The notes beneath the pieces were generated by a model. It searched no databases, was not told the DNA's origin, and saw only the letters and a program-made list of their open reading frames with translations. The position numbers were made by a program, and so were the translations under genes. From Candidatus Coatesbacteria bacterium (GTDB taxonomy: Bacteria > JAFGND01), in contig JAFGND010000039.1 in NCBI GenBank assembly GCA_016927185.1, forward strand, positions 1 through 36,691: a DNA stretch of 36,691 nt, read 5' to 3'. How positions within the stretch are numbered: the stretch's first letter is position 1; each line of letters opens with the position of its first letter. Of the stretch, positions 35,950-36,691 are shown piece by piece.

Positions 35950-36691
35950 ATGTTAGTAGCTAAATATTACAGAACTTTAGAAAACAACTTAATTGAATGC
36001 AATCTCTGTCCAAGAAATTGCAAGATACCTGAAGGGCAGAGAGGTTTCTGCAACATTCGTATCAATAGCAACGGAATATTATACACTGAAGGTTATGGAA
36101 AGACAATTTCCGTATCAATGGATCCAATTGAAAAGAAACCTTTATATCATTTTTTCCCTGGAAGCAAAATATTGAGTATTGGACCGAATGGTTGTAATCT
36201 TGATTGTCAATGGTGTCAAAACTGGCAAATTTCGAGACGAACTGCAACAACTCAGTTTTACTCTCCAAATTCGATAATCAATCTTGCAGAAACCCATAAT
36301 TCAATAGGAATAGCTTATACTTACTCGGAACCTATTATATGGTTTGAATACATAATAGATGTCTCTCAGCAGGCCAGAGCTTCTGGATTGAAGAATGTAC
36401 TAGTTACTAATGGTTATATAAATGAAGAACCATTGAATTCGCTCCTTCCATATATTGATGCTATAAATCTGGATATAAAAAGCATGAATCCGGATTTTTA
36501 TAAAAATATATGCAAGGGTAACCTTGAACCGGTTCTTAGAACTGCTTCACTTGCTTACAGGCATGGGATTCATCTTGAGATAACCAATCTGGTTATTCCT
36601 GGTTATAATTCAAAAGATGAGGAATTCCAGTTATTGGGAAGATGGATAAAAGAATACTTGAGTGTGGAAACAGTATTGCATTTATCAGCAT
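35950..36691 (+). CDS. amrS: AmmeMemoRadiSam system radical SAM enzyme (partial, runs off the window end; missing from the ORF track)
   Basis: Hand translation from ATG 35950: MLVAKYY...ECNLCPRNCKIPEGQRGFCNIR...DPIEKKPLYHFFPGS...GCNLDCQWCQNWQIS (CxxxCxxC)...IAYTYSEP...VTNGYIN...HLEITNLVIPG. Confidence 0.93.
   Translation, partial: MLVAKYYRTLENNLIECNLCPRNCKIPEGQRGFCNIRINSNGILYTEGYGKTISVSMDPIEKKPLYHFFPGSKILSIGPNGCNLDCQWCQNWQISRRTATTQFYSPNSIINLAETHNSIGIAYTYSEPIIWFEYIIDVSQQARASGLKNVLVTNGYINEEPLNSLLPYIDAINLDIKSMNPDFYKNICKGNLEPVLRTASLAYRHGIHLEITNLVIPGYNSKDEEFQLLGRWIKEYLSVETVLHLSA

Noticed and set aside
819..36268. Many short ORFs of about 60-130 aa in the track that overlap long genes (e.g. 819-1055, 13872-14270, 25162-25470, 32520-32843, 35993-36175, 36062-36268)
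   Set aside because: They are antisense or off-frame shadows of well-supported genes and have no recognisable motifs.
1..36691. Alternative genetic code, selenoprotein readthrough, prophage or defence island
   Set aside because: Conserved genes are full length and end in TAA, TAG or TGA. I saw no interrupted conserved frames or phage, transposase or defence motifs, and no obvious compositional shift apart from the RNA genes.

Overview
AT-rich (roughly one-third GC by eye), gene-dense bacterial chromosomal segment using the standard genetic code. It is mostly housekeeping genes in unusual, shuffled operons. Recognisable genes are gcvPB, glgP, glgB, dprA, dnaX, grpE, leuS, tsaC, mutS2 and a partial amrS. 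A minus-strand cluster of tRNA-Ser(GGA), tRNA-Ala(CGC) and a large (Alu-type) SRP RNA precedes dnaX. Envelope genes include two GT-C glycosyltransferases, a GT-B enzyme, an LCP protein, a SPOR/NAGPA protein, a small outer-membrane beta-barrel, a twin aspartyl protease-PDZ protein and an FG-GAP propeller with a T9SS-type C-terminal domain. The last suggests a diderm, possibly FCB-related lineage (inference). I saw no CRISPR array, transposase, integrase or prophage, and I cannot demonstrate a complete new system. Best leads: (1) an A9 run in dnaX where Thermus-type slippage would yield a gamma subunit; (2) a membrane HisKA protein with no ATPase domain, fused to a degenerate HD-GYP domain and coupled to a single-domain receiver; (3) a recurring non-canonical promoter layout, TTGAC[AT]-N11-TYAWTAA; (4) a stand-alone Helicase_C_3 protein between dnaX and dprA; (5) an orphan HgdC-type activase between two glycosyltransferases. 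All family assignments come from motif recognition, not database searches.
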